Shown one piece after another: positions 40,254 through 52,720 of a stretch of DNA of 64,000 bases. Position 1 is the first letter of the stretch. Each line of letters starts with the position of its first letter. The notes below the pieces were generated by a model. The model searched no databases. It was not told the DNA's origin and saw only the letters and a program-made list of their open reading frames with translations. The stretch comes from Phaeosaccion multiseriatum (Eukaryota > Protista > Ochrophyta, other classes): assembly GCA_965112735.1 (NCBI GenBank), contig OZ218962.1, positions 2,294,001 through 2,358,000 of the forward strand, given 5' to 3'. Position numbers and translations under genes: made by a program.

Positions 40254-41838
40254 ATGGGGGTGAGATGGGGCTCACCCGATACACCGGTGCCAATGACGAG
40301 TCGGTACAAGATTGGAGGAGGAGGGGGACCAAAAGGGGGGAAGGGGAGGGAGAGTGCCGCAAAGCCGATGGCACCCGACGGCGGCAGAAGCAGAGCTTGG
40401 CAAGGGGAGGGTGCTGACGAAGCATCTTGCGGAGCCTTACGTGCCCTTTTACGGAGGCTTACGTACGTACCTGCATATCTCGGAGCTTGTCCTGTGCCTC
40501 CTCGAGCCGCTTCTCCTCTTGGCTGTAAGCCTCTCGGACGCTGTAGTGAGTTGAGTGGTAGTACAGGGGAACAATCACAGATGCCGTCAGTGCATGCAAG
40601 CCCTCTCGGAAGTGGGGTATATGTATGGGTGCGCAAACTGCAAGCAGTACAAGTGATTAAAGTGCAAAATAGGGCTGCACCACAACGTCCACTGCCATCC
40701 ATCCGCGGCTCACCCCCACCCACGGCGACACCACCCACTCAGGCTTAGGGACGCAACCACACACACCCAAGCACACACACAAACACACAAGCACACACAC
40801 AAACACACACACACGGAGAGACACACACGCACAGACCGTACGCACCGATCGAGCTCAGCCGTTTTGAGGTCCAGCCCTAGAACGGCACTATCAAGCTTGG
40901 CTCGCAGACTAGCGGCCTCATCGGTAGACGCCTTGCTCTGCGATGCCAGCGACGCCTCTTTGTCCTTCTCTTGAGCCAGGCTGGCCTCTGCCTCGCGCAG
41001 CCTCTCCTCTGTGCGATTCATTCGATGGGGATACAAGAGGGGGGAAGGGGAAAGTATGGGGGGCGGGGGGGGAGAGGTGCGAGTTGGAGACACGTGTGTG
41101 GATGGAAGGGGGCCATTCATGGGCGAGGGTTCAGACGTGAGTAGTATCGTAGGCGTCCCTCTGCCCACTCGCGCGTTGTTCGCGAAGGGGCTGAGGGAGG
41201 GCGGAAGCTCCCTCCCCTCCGCCTCTTGCCGCCGCTGCTGCTTCTCCCCCCTGCTCTCGTCACAAGACGTGAACCCTCCTCTTCGCTTCGCTTCCCTTCC
41301 AGTAATACGACAATGTCGCAGGTCGTCAAGCGGCCTGCACAAGACGATGTCCCCTACTGACAGGCCCTTGTTGCTGCCTCTGCTGCTGCTTCTGCTGCTA
41401 CTTCTGGTGGTACAAAGCTTTGCCCTGGACCAGCATCACACGAGCACATGCAATACAATAGCAATGGACCTCCCTCCCCTGCCGGTGCGATCAGATGAGG
41501 CCGAGACCGAGGGTATATCCTTCAAACGGCCTTGAGGGTGGAAGAGTAAGTCCACGTTGGACCCACGCCCGCCAGACACACTGGAAGCGCCCACGACTGA
41601 AGAAGAGAGATAGAGAGAGAGAAAGAGTGGTTCCCTACGCTTTGAACCAATCCCCATCCACCCTTCATTCTCCGCAGAGTGCTTTGTCCCCCCCCCCCTC
41701 CCTCTTACCAAGAGCTGCCTTCTCCTTGGTCAGCGTGGCCAGCTGCGTCGTCTTGCTGGAGAGCTGCTCATTGAGCTCCAGCTGCGCCTGCTCCAGGTCG
41801 TGGATCGCCTGCTCGGAATCCAGCTGGTCGTCCTCCAT
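25952..41838 (-). CDS. TPR: Nuclear basket nucleoporin TPR/Mlp1/NUA homolog
   Basis: About 30 exons encode a very long coiled coil with TPR-typical blocks: LEVYLNRVLKDIESKAP, LVTFRDIEQLQDKNRNLLRVVRRLS, IIQQRDMYRVLL, KEHVKRYQSIA, AQLNYEKEIQGHA, QNDLLHGQL, VVKYLRQEKDVV, LRESNTLLR, VDPEVH. The tail is disordered (exons 28143-26766 and 26421-25952). The start Met (41838 or 41874) is inferred. Confidence 0.9.
35900..36150. repeat. Compound minisatellite: TTGCGTGTATATACAT core separated by variable-length (GT)n
   Basis: About 6 cores in a TPR intron. Confidence 0.85.
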
Positions 41839-42253
41839 CGGCTCTTTTTTTGATGGCCCAGTCCTCCATCCCATCTTGCAATCCAATGGCCCAGTCCTAT
41901 GCAAGGCTATAGCGGGCGGCCCTCTTTTTTTGGCTGTTGACCGTAGTGCACCTTTGGTAGGAAGAGAGAGAGAGAGAGAGAGAGAGAGCATCATCACGGG
42001 AGGAGCTTATTTGCAACTGCGGGTGCCCAATCGGAGAGCATCCATACCGCAGCCACGCCGAAAGTAAGAGAGTATAAGTCACCGCGTGGCACTCAACGAC
42101 GCTTGCTTGAGGGACAACTAGGGAGCTCCGCAGCCGTGGGAGGAGGCCCAGGAGAGCCTCGATTATACTGCTGGGGCTACCATCGAAGCAAGTGAGCTCA
42201 CCCCAACGGGAAGAGCAAACAGTGGGGGGCAAGGAACACAGGAGGAAGGAAGC
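41839..42253. promoter_or_regulatory. Putative bidirectional promoter between TPR and Derlin
   Basis: Divergent gene starts about 415 bp apart. Inferred from geometry only. Confidence 0.4.
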
Positions 42254-44502
42254 ATGCCCGTGCACCGGGTCGGCGACGGAGGAGGGCCTCAGGAGTGGTA
42301 CAACTCGCTTCCCCCCGTCAGTAAGGTCCTCTTCACCAGTGTCATCGGCGTGTTCGTGCTCACCTTCGTGGGGGCGCTACACCCGGCGCAGATCCACCTC
42401 GACTACCCGCAGATTAAGAAGAACTTTCAGGTGAGAAGGATAGGCGTGGTGCAATACTTACTGTGTATGCTTTTCTCTCCCACTGTGATCCCTCTCTCTT
42501 GCTCTAACTCTTTCTCCCCCTCCTCTCTCGCTCCCTCATTCTACCACAGATTTGGCGACTGTTCACAAATGCCGTGTACTTCGGTGGACCGGGCTTTGCC
42601 TTCTTCATGAATCTGATGATGGTGGTCAGATACTCCCCACTGTAAGTTGCTCACTCCCTGCAGCCTTTAGTGGCCTGTCTACCCTCCTCCTCCTCCTCCT
42701 CCTCCTCCTCCTCCTCCTCCTCCTCCTCCTCCTCCTCCTCCTCCTCCTCCTCCTCCTCCTCCTCCTCCTCCTCCTCCTCCTCCTCCTCCTCCTCCTCCTC
42801 CTCCTCCTCCTCCTCCTCCTCCTCCCCGATTGCTCACCTCAGAACAAGATCAACACTCAGACTGTGCACTCATCTTTCTTCTCACCTTACCCTTCTTTCC
42901 CCATTGCTTTCCCTTCTCCCTGCTTTCCCTTCTCCCTCCTCATTCCCCTCCCGCTACCGCTGATCGCTCTCTCTCCCCTGCCCCTCGTTCTTCCCCTCTC
43001 TCCCCCTCTTCTTCTTCCCCTCCTCCCCTTCATTCCATGCCATGCCCAACCACACCCACCCAACTACACGCAGATACGAGCAGGATGCATTCGACACTGG
43101 CGGAGGAGGAGGCAGCGCAGACTATGCCTTTATGCTCCTGTTTGGGCTGACGCTCGTGGATTTGATCGGCATCTTTGTCCTCACAATGCCTTTTATGGGC
43201 CTCCCAATGTTGTACATGCTTATTTATGCCTGCTCTCGAAAGGTGAGGAGAGGGAGGGAGGGAGGGAGGAGGGGAGGGAGGAAGGGATAGAGGGAGGGAT
43301 GGAGGGAGGGATGGAGGGAGAGGGAGTGAGTGGGTGGGTGAGTGAGTGAGTGAGTGAGTGAGTGAGTGAGTGAGTGAGTGAGTGACGGGTTGACGAGTGA
43401 GTGTGCGCGTGTGGTGGTTGGTTGGTCGGTTGGCTGGTTGACGAGTGAGTGTGCGCGTGCGTGACATGCTCGTCTACCAGCCAACCGACCAACCAACCAC
43501 CACACGCGCACACTCACTCGTCTACCAGCCAACCAACCAACCAACCCACCAACCCTCCAACGCAATCCCCAATCCTCACCCCCCAAACAATACCACAACA
43601 CAGACGCCTAACGCCGACGCCAGCTTCTACGGCATTAGCTTCAAAGCCATCTACCTGCCCTGGGTGCTGTTGGGTATCAGCATGATCATGGGCAATGATG
43701 TGGTACCCGGTATCGTGGGTATAGCCGTGGGGCATCTCTATTACTTTCTCGTTGAGGTGAGATATAATGCACTGACTTAGAAGGAGACAACATAACACGC
43801 AATCTGTGTGTGTGTGTGCGCGTGTGTGTGTGTCTTTGTGTGTGTGTGTGTGTGTGGGCATTGCTGTGGGTCGTCGGTACTACTTCCTAGTTGAGGGTGG
43901 TGAGAGAGAGAGAGGGGGGATGCCCCCCTCGGGTTGTCGAGATCGATATTGCCTCGTCCATGTCAGTGATCGATGGTGGGGGATCAATGTGGATATTATT
44001 TGAACTGCACTGCACTGAACATGTTGGTGATACAGGTGGTGCCGGATGTGTATGGCAAGGAGCTGCTTCGGACGCCAAGCTTCCTCCTCGACTTCTTCGG
44101 CGGGTGAGTGAGTGGGAGAGTGAGTGAGGGAGGTGTGCGTGAGTGAGTGAGTGAGTGAGGTGGCGAGGTGTGTGTGAGTGAGTGAGTGAGTGAGTGAGAT
44201 GAGTGGGTGAGGCGTAGATGGTGTGGTGGTGTGGTGTGGTGTCGTGTGCCTCCCCCCCTCCCCTCTCCTCCTCTTCTCCTAATGAATAACTTGAATAAAT
44301 TGAACCCGGCCGTCTTCCCCCTCCCTCCCTCTCTCGCTTGTCATCTCTTCTCTTCTCTTTGTCTCTCTCCAGCAACGCTCAACCATACGGCCCAGGTGTA
44401 ACGGCATACCCTGCCCCTGGAGTGGTGCCAGCCCCCCGGGGACCCGGGCGGGTGGGCGGTCACTCATGGGGGTCCGGGGGGCGAGTATTAGGCTCAGACT
44501 GA
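42254..44502 (+). CDS. DER1: Derlin (ERAD rhomboid pseudoprotease)
   Basis: Exons 42254-42430, 42550-42641, 43074-43242, 43604-43756, 44036-44103 and 44373-44502. They give WYNSLPPVSK, FQIWRLFT, SADYAFMLLFG, FKAIYLPWVL, GIAVGHLYYFL, LLRTPSFL and a C-terminal SHP-box-like HSWGSGGRVLG. Confidence 0.96.
43392..43522. repeat. 54-bp inverted repeat (1 mismatch, 23-nt loop) in Derlin intron 3
   Basis: 43392-43445 is the reverse complement of 43469-43522. Confidence 0.92.
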
Positions 44503-45504
44503 ATCTTCTTCTTCTTCTTCTTCTTCTTCTTCTTCTTCTTCTTCTTCTTCTTCTTCTTCTTCTTCTTCTTCTTCTTCTTCTTCTTCTTCTTCTTCTTGTA
44601 TTACGTATTGTTTGTCGTATAGAACGGCATACTAGTACTTTAGTAGGACGTTGGGCGAAGTGCCAGAGGAGGGGCGCGCACAAGTCAGCAAGAGAGAGAG
44701 AGAGAGACACACACACGCACACACACACAGAGAGAGACAGAGAGAGAGAGACAGAGGAGAGAGACAGGGCATGGGAAGAGAAGAGAAGAGAAAGGAGGAA
44801 GAGAGGTCGAGAAATTGAGAGGAGCGGACGTGGGAATGGAGGAGAAGACCGTCTTTGGAACAGCGGCAGACCATTTCGTGGGTCAAGGGCAGCGATTGCT
44901 GAGGTAGGGTTGGGGAACCAACAAAAGCAGCAGAGGGAGGAGGAGGAGGAGGAGGAGGAGGAGAGTGGAGGAGATACCTCTTTTCTCGTTTCCCCCTTCG
45001 ACGCGAATATAAGGGGATTGTTTCGTCCCTTCTATGTACATGAAATGGGTATATGGGTAGAGTACATAGTACATATGAGTATATATATATATATATATAT
45101 ATAATGTACGACCCTATGGTACATTACACATCCCCAGCGAAGCGCCCCGACGGGGTTGGGAGGGAGAGGGACCGACCGGCTGAACGGGAAGTCCCAGTTT
45201 CAGTTTCATGCCCTTGAAAGTTGCTGTTCCTACAAAGTTGCTGCTACTACTACTGCTGTGGCACCAACTGCTGCTGCTGCTGCTGCTGCTGCTGCTACGG
45301 CCACTCCTCCTCCTCCTCCTCCTCCTCCTCCTCCTCCTCCTCCTCCTCCTCCTCCTCCTCCTCCTCCTCCTCCTCCTCCTCCTCCTCCTCCTCCTCCTCC
45401 TCCTCCTCCTCCTCCTCCTCCTCCTCCTCCTCCTCCTCCTCCTCCTCCTCCTCCTCCTCCTCCTCCTCCTCCTCCTCCTCCCTCTCCTCCTACTACTACC
45501 ACTG

Positions 45505-48023
45505 CTACCGTCCCTCCTTTCTTTGTAAAACACCCCTCCTGTCCTGCTGCAGCCGAAACTGCCCCTCCGACAGGAAGGTGGTGGGGATGGTCTCTCTCGC
45601 GTCCAAACTGGTGGGGATATAGCAGGCTAACTGAGTGCCCCAGCCGTGCTGAGACAACATCCGCAGGGAGCCGCCAAAGTGACTAGCGTACAATGAAGAC
45701 ACGGGGAGGCCGATGCCCATGCCGCTGAGGGGGTCGCTGACGGGTTGGTAGGAGTGGATCTGAAGGGGGAAAGAGGGGGGGGAGGGACGGAGGGAGGGAG
45801 GGAGGGAGGGAGGGAGGGATGGAGGGAAGGAGGGTTGAGATATACCAGCCCTGTCTCTCTTTCCGTTCACTTCGCATCCCCCCACCCGACCCGACCCCAA
45901 CCCCTCTTGGTGCTTTGCCTCCACCTCTGCACAGGTGTCTGAGGTCTTCAAATACCTGCCTTGCCCTGCCCATACACCTCTACCCTACCCTACCCATACA
46001 CCTCTACTCTGCCTTGCCCTGCCCATACACCTGTATCCTACTCAAGCGTTTACACCCCACCCCGCTCTGCCCTTCCCATGCACCTTCTCCCTATAACCAA
46101 CCTCTTGGTGCTTGGCCTCCACCTCTGCGAAGGTCTCTGAGGACGTACTGAGGTATTCAAAGGCCTTATCGATCTTGTCCACTTCGATGCCCCCTCCCTC
46201 ATCGCTGATGCAGATGGAAGCGTATCGGCCGCCGCCGTTGACTATCCGCACCACAACAGGAGGGAGGCAGTCGCTGACGTCGCTGTAAGGGCACACGACC
46301 CGCACGTACACACGCACACGCACACGTACGCACACACACACACGTGTAGGGTTAGTGTCTGCCTTTCCCGTACCTGGCGTCATCCCCCCTCCCTCCGGTA
46401 CCTGGTGTCTGCACCATTCAGTACCTGGTGTCTGCACCATTCAGTACCTGGTGTCTGCACCATTCAGTGCCTGGTGTCTGCACCATTCAGTACCTGGTGT
46501 CTGCACCATTCAGTGCCTGGTCTATTCAGTACCTGGTGTCTGCACTATGCATGGGATATATACACACCTGTGCTGCACTACGGTGGCCCTGAGTGCGTTT
46601 TTGAGTCCCTCGAACAGCACGTGGTGAATGTGGCTGGGGATACAAGGTGTCAGGCACCCCACATCGCCCTCTGAGGAGCAGCAGCAGCAGCAGGAGGAGG
46701 AGGACGAGGAGGAGGAGGAGGAGGGGGGGGAGAAGGGGGAGGAGGAGGGACACACACACGCACACATACACGCAGGGCGTCAGGAAGCCCTCATCGTCCT
46801 GTAAGGAGGGGTAGGAGGAAAACAACACACACGCACACAAACGCACACTCAAACTACCCCCGCCCTCCCATCCACTGCCATCTCACCCGCATGCAGGCAT
46901 GACAACAGGACCTTCGACCGTAACGCACCGATGATAACGTCAGGGGCGTCTGTGAGGTGATGCTCAGTGATGATGAGGGTTTCCGAAATGGCTTCCTTGA
47001 CAAGGTCGGATAGGCGCTGCCGTGGAGACACTATACCCACCCTTCCCGTCTTATTCTGCTTACCCTTCATCGAGCTGAGGTAGTGGGTGCAAAGCATTTG
47101 GCAGCCAATGTGCACCTGAAGGAAGAGGAGGGGAAGGTGGAGGGGGGTTGAGGAGGAAAGCAAGGAGGGGAGGAACGCACGTGGAGTAAGGGCCCTCCCT
47201 CCCTCCCTCCCTCACTCACTCACTCACTCACTCACTCACTCACCTGCAAGAAGTCATCTACCATACCATTGAGTTCTTTGAAGGTCGGCCCGCCGCTGCT
47301 GCTGCCGCCGCCGCTACCCTCGGCAAGAGCTGCTGCATCCTTGAAGCCTTTGAGTGCGTCCATGGCTGTGCCAACGTTGGCGGCGTGCCTTTGAGACATA
47401 TTGTCTATTAACTGCCACCCAGCGACAAGAGAGGGGAAAGGGAAAGGGAGGGTCGGGGAATGGGGGAGGGGGTTTGTGGGTTCCGAACTGGGCGTCTGAC
47501 ACCCATTCTTTGCTAAGGACTCCTTCCTGAGATGTTCTCATGTGAGACCAAGGGGCTACACTTTGTGTGTTCCCTTTTATCTTTTCTCCATCTCACCTTG
47601 AGGAAGGCGTACTGGTGATCGTAGCCTGCTCTACCCGGTTGTCGATCTGCTCGACTCAGGGTGGTAATCTGGAGAGGGCAGAGAGTTAGAGAGACAGAGG
47701 GAGAGAGAGAGAGAGAGAGAGAGAGTGAGTGAGTGGAGTGGATTATACGCACATCCACACACATCCACACATCACATCCACACACACAAGCCCACGCACA
47801 CACTTACCTCATTCACGTGCACCGCGGCGTCGTCTAAGTCAGTGAATGTGTCTGAGCACACCCTGAGCAGCTGCTCCAGCGGCACGCAGTTGGCTAGGGC
47901 AAGCTCTCCGTCCGCCAATCGGACCGTGTCATCGCATAGCCTCAGCAGGTTGTCCAATCGGTACACTTGGTGGCTCAGTCGAGTCAGGAGCTGTGGGGGG
48001 ATTGTGATGCGGGGCGGGGAGAG

Positions 48024-48061
<38 letters not shown>

Positions 48062-48340
48062 TGAGGACCGAGCGTCACCGTCCCGCACGGCTGGTCCAAA
48101 GCAGTGCCAAGAAAAAACCCGCGTAGTTGTGAAGTATATATGTATTCCACCACGCACCTCCATCCACAGCTGCCGGACGACGAAGCCTCGGTGCACATTC
48201 TCCTCTCTCCCGTTGAACAGCAGGTCATTATACGAGACTGGAACAGCTCGCCTGGCTCCTAGCTCCGCCAAGCGCTCGGGACCGCGGGGAGTACGGTGCA
48301 GTCGAGCGCATTCGAGTGCCCTCTTACTCAGTCTCAGCAT
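45505..48340 (-). CDS. Mitochondrial pyruvate dehydrogenase / branched-chain ketoacid dehydrogenase kinase family protein
   Basis: Arg-rich N-terminal presequence MLRLSKRALECARL. GHKL motifs across about 8 exons: N box HVLFEGLKNALRATV, G1 ISDEGGGI, G2 LSGMGIGLPVSSLYASHFGGSL...GWGT. Confidence 0.92.
46398..46546. repeat. 23-nt tandem minisatellite (~6 copies) in a PDK intron
   Basis: Unit GTACCTGGTGTCTGCACCATTCA. Confidence 0.92.
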
Positions 48341-48964
48341 CCCCGGAGATGGAGGGGGGGAGGGTTGAGAGGGGGGAGAGGGCCCTTCCTATCTCTGGTG
48401 GAGTCAAGTAGGGGGGGGGAAGGGGTCGAGGGAAATTCTCTTCCTATGCCCGTCTCTCTTCTTGACGGGAAGAGAGGTTTATATTTTTTTTGTTGTCTTT
48501 ATCGTGCTTTGTTGCGTTACGATGTGCCATAGATTTACACACGTTGGTGATCTCCCCTGTGAGGGAACATGCCACTGAAACTCTAATTATGAAATTCTCC
48601 CGAGCACTTCAAAGTTTCCTCTCTTGTTTTGTGATTTGCGCAGAAGAGAGAGAAGGGTGGGGTAAGACGGACGTACGCAGAGATAAGACTTACTTCAGCT
48701 GAGGGCTCCCACACCTCCGGTAGCAACACCCACCCCTACAGCACACAGAAGAAAGTGGGAGAGGAAAAGGGAGAAAAGAGACGCAGCACACGACGAAGAA
48801 AAGGAACGCCGAAATAAGAGCGAGCGAGCGGATGGGGGAGGAGCAGCAGTGGTAGCATTGGGCCGCACCAATAGCGGATAGCTGGAGAGAGCGGTGAGGA
48901 AGGGAGCCTTCTCGGGCCATCAAGCAACAAGCAGAAACAAGAATCAGGCGAGGAGTGCGCCATC

Positions 48965-49391
48965 ATGGTTGCCGGCGCTCTTCTGGTGCTCTCGTCCCCC
49001 CCCACGGACTATACGAGCTATATCAGCCCATACGCTCCTTCTCTCAGCAAGGATGAGCTGCCCATACTCCCCGTGGGCGCTGTAAAGTCCTGGCGAACGC
49101 CCCCAAAGAAGCTGTTCGGGGAGAGACCAGGCACCGCGGCGCACCGACCATTGTCCAATGCCAAGTGAGTCATGCGCGCTATCGGAGAGTAGGCAAGAGC
49201 TGATGAGTATCATGGTTGTAAGAAAAGAAGACGTCAAAGCGCAAGGGCCTCCTGAAAAGTGGTCGTGGGCACAGAGCACAAGTATCAACCAAATATCCGA
49301 GGTGGATTTTCCTCCGACGCAGAGAAGACCATACCGTCTTTGCTTTATGCCCGCGCTCAAACCGTTGCAACACATCCTTCTTGATCGCTAC

Positions 49392-49427
<36 letters not shown>

Positions 49428-51120
49428 CACACAGGACCGCAGTGGAGGCCCGAGCCAAGTGGCAGCAGCACTCTGCAGATACATGCACAAGACTGCACGT
49501 AAGCAACACGCGCAACAGAAGTGACCGCTCCATCGCCAAGGGGCTCCTGTCTGGCTACGCCTCCCAGCCGTCCTCCCTCTCCTCCTGCGCCTCTTCCACC
49601 GACTTTGGCCTCATGCCCGCCCCACGCGCTCGGGCGGCTTCGGCGGACCCCATGAAGCGCAGCTCGAGCGCAGGTTGCCTTCCCGACACGCCGGGGGGAG
49701 GCGCGGGGCTCTTCCTGCAGGGGCAGGGTCAGGGTCAGGGTCAGCAGCCCCAGAGGTGTAAGACTGCACCGTACGGAGGACCCCGCGCCAAGCTTCGCCG
49801 CAAGCGGTGCGTCCTCCCTCTTTTGCCTTGTCCCTCCCTCCCTCCCTCCCTCCCTCCCTCCCTCCCTCCCTCCCTCCCTCCCTCCCTCCCTCCCTCCCTC
49901 CCTCCCTCCCTCCCTCCCTCCCTCCCTCCCTCCCTCCCTCCCTCCCTCCCTCCCTCCCTCCCTCCCTTTCTCCTAACTTCTACCCCCCCCCCCCGCCCGC
50001 CCCCTACCCGCCCATTCCCTCCGTCCCTCCCTCCGTCCCTCCCTCCCTCCGTCCCTCCCTCCCTCCCTCCCTCCCTCCCTCCCTCCCTCTCTCCCTCCCT
50101 CCCTCCCTCCCTCCCTCCCTCCCTCCCTCCCTCCCTCCCTCCCTCCCTCCCTCCCTCCCTCCCTCCCTCCCTCCCTCCCTCCCTCCCTCCCTCCCTCCCT
50201 CCCTCCCTCCCTCCCTCCCTCCCTCCCTCCCTCCCTCCCTCCCTCCCTCCCTCCCTCCCTCCCTCCCTCCCTCCCTCCCTCCCTCCCTCCCTCCCTCCCT
50301 CCCTCCCTCCCTCCCTCCCTCCCTCCCTCCCTCCCTCCCTCCCTCCCTCCCTCCCTCCCTCCCTCCCTCCCTCCCTCCCTCCCTCCCTCCCTCCCTCCCT
50401 CCCTCCCTCCCTCCCTTCCTTCCTTCCTTCCTTCCTTCCTTCCTCAGTGACGAGAAGGCCACACCCACCAACAGCGTCATTCGCCTTGCTCATGAGTTTG
50501 AAGTCTATCACGATCGAGACCCTGCGGCCTATGAGCTCTACCGCTCAGGCCAGGGAGACCACGCGAAGGTCGTGCCTGTGCGTATGGTACGCCATGTGTG
50601 GAGAGACTGTACCTTCGGCAAGGGAAGCCCCGATCAGCTTCCTGCAGGTGTGTGTGTGTGTGTGAGTGGGAGAGACAGGGAGAGACAGAGAGAGAGACAG
50701 GGAGAGAGGAAGTGGTGGTGGTGGTGGTGGGGGGGGGGGAGGGGGAGAGAAAGAGAGAGAGGGAGTGGTGGTGGGGGGGGGGGAGTGAGATAGAGAGACA
50801 TGGTGTGTGTGTAGCCTCTGTTTTCCCCCACTTCTCTTTGGGTGGCTGCTGACATCAGTCGCGTCTTGGGCCTCAGTCACACTCTGTACACTTTCTTCAC
50901 TATGAGGGGCAGAAGCGACTTGTAGCAACATCTTCCCCCCTCTTGACTTCACGAGCCTCCTACACCCCTCCCCCCCCTCCCCCCCTCTGTCGCCCTCTCT
51001 CCCTCCCTCTTTCAAACCCCTCCCCCGCTATCCATCCCGTCCCCTCCCTCCCGCCTGCATCTCCCTCTTGTTTCATCAGGCTACATTAGGAACACGCGAG
51101 GAGGGTTCTTCACCTCGTAG
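48965..51120 (+). CDS. Small uncharacterised protein (~270 aa) ending in GYIRNTRGGFFTS
   Basis: Exons 48965-49164, 49435-49806, 50448-50647 and 51080-51120 join in frame at GT-AG sites (phases 2, 2, 1) and end at TAG. No family recognised. Confidence 0.7.
49832..50442. repeat. ~600-bp (CCCT)n microsatellite filling an intron
   Basis: Near-continuous CCCT repeats that end in (CCTT)n just before the acceptor at 50447. Confidence 0.95.
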
Positions 51121-51435
51121 GCTCGTTGAGGAGGGCAAGGAAAAGCGATCGAGAGAGAGGCACAGAGAGAGTGGGAGAGAGACACACACACAGAGAGAAA
51201 GAGCAAGAGAGGGCGAGCGAGAGAGAGAGGGAAAAAGAGCAAGAGAGAGGGAGAAAGAGCGCGCGCGTGAGAGAGAGAGAGAGAGAGAGCGGCGATGAGG
51301 AGAGCAGGAGGCGGAGCAGGAGGAGGGGGGGGGGGAGAAGAGGGTCCAGCGTGAAGGACCAAACAATAGGGACAAGCAAGGCTAGACAAACGAAACTTTG
51401 TCTGGCTCTGCTCTGGGCGGACTCAAGGGAAGCTA

Positions 51436-51531
51436 AGCTGACCGATGGGCATAGCTGTGGAAGGTAGCTGACCGATGGGTATAGCTACGGAAGGAAGGCT
51501 GACCGATGGGCATAGCTGTGGAAGGAAGGCT
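51436..51531. repeat. ~31-nt tandem repeat, 3 copies
   Basis: GCTGACCGATGGG(C/T)ATAGCT(GT/AC)GGAAGG occurs three times. Confidence 0.85.
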
Positions 51532-52377
51532 GTTGTATTTGTATATTTCATCCTGTAGACGGGCAAGAGTCACAAGAGGGCGGGCAAGAAGAGAAATCAG
51601 ATATGCGATGAAGCGTTTCGGATGGATCCAGGTGGACTGGTATACCAAGACCGACTGCTGCTTCTGATGAGAAGGAGGCCTCTTTGCTGTTGTTCTCAGC
51701 CGCTGCCAATGACGGATTGGTCGTATGGTACGATGGGGTGTGTGTGTGTGCGTGCGTGTGTATGTGTGTGTGTGTGTGCGGGCGGGAAATACACCCTTCT
51801 GATTCAATTCTAGAATGGATCTGATTGTGAGTGTGCATGTGTGTGTGTGTGTGTGTGTGTGTGTGGCTGTGTGGGCCGACACGCATGTAATTCAGCTTTA
51901 CCTGTAGTCAATAGTAGTTAGTACTTTACATTTGGCATAATTATAAGTAAGATAGGGAAGAGAGAATGAGAAGGAAGGGGAGAGGGAAGGGGGGGCGATG
52001 CTGTCATGGTGTCGTTTTATGCGAGCGGCCGCTGAAGTGCTCGTGGTCTAAACCATGACGCTGCAGGGAGTTAAATGTTTGGATTGTACTCGAATATTTC
52101 GCTGGCACCTATCGCACTCTAACCTTATGTACCATTACATAAAACCATACTTATCATACACCTGTTGTGCAGGAGGCTTAGTAGAATTGACGTATCGTAC
52201 CATTGTCCGTTCCGATCGGTCATGCTCTTACGAAGGTTCGCCAACGCGCCACGCATTGCTGGTGTGTTTGGAGCACGAGAAGACCTTTCTTTGAACTGAT
52301 TGCTGCGTGTGTGACTCTTTGGTTTCCTTACTTTTCCAAGTTACGTATGCTTACGAAGAAGTGAAGGGGCTCGACGT

Positions 52378-52430
<53 letters not shown>

Positions 52431-52720
52431 TGTTTTGGGGGAGAGACATGAAAGTGGGCATCGAGCGAGACGATTCCTCCCCAACTAGCACCAGATGGCA
52501 CCAATGTCTCCTTTCCATCCTTTTTCTTTCCTCCTTCTTGGGGGGAGGGGAATGATCTTACAGAGGATAGAAGGGAAGGTCCTCCTCTAGAAGGGAAAAG
52601 AGCGAGAGAAACGCGTGTTTTTTTCCCCTCCTCTATTCCATTCTGAATCCCTGCTGACTGGAGACAGAGTAGGATGAATAGATGAATTAAGAAAGTAAAG
52701 GCAGCATATGTCAGACGAGG

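Noticed and set aside
51500-52700. AT-richer stretch with short ORFs upstream of App1
   Set aside because: No recognisable protein, RNA or terminal-repeat signature.
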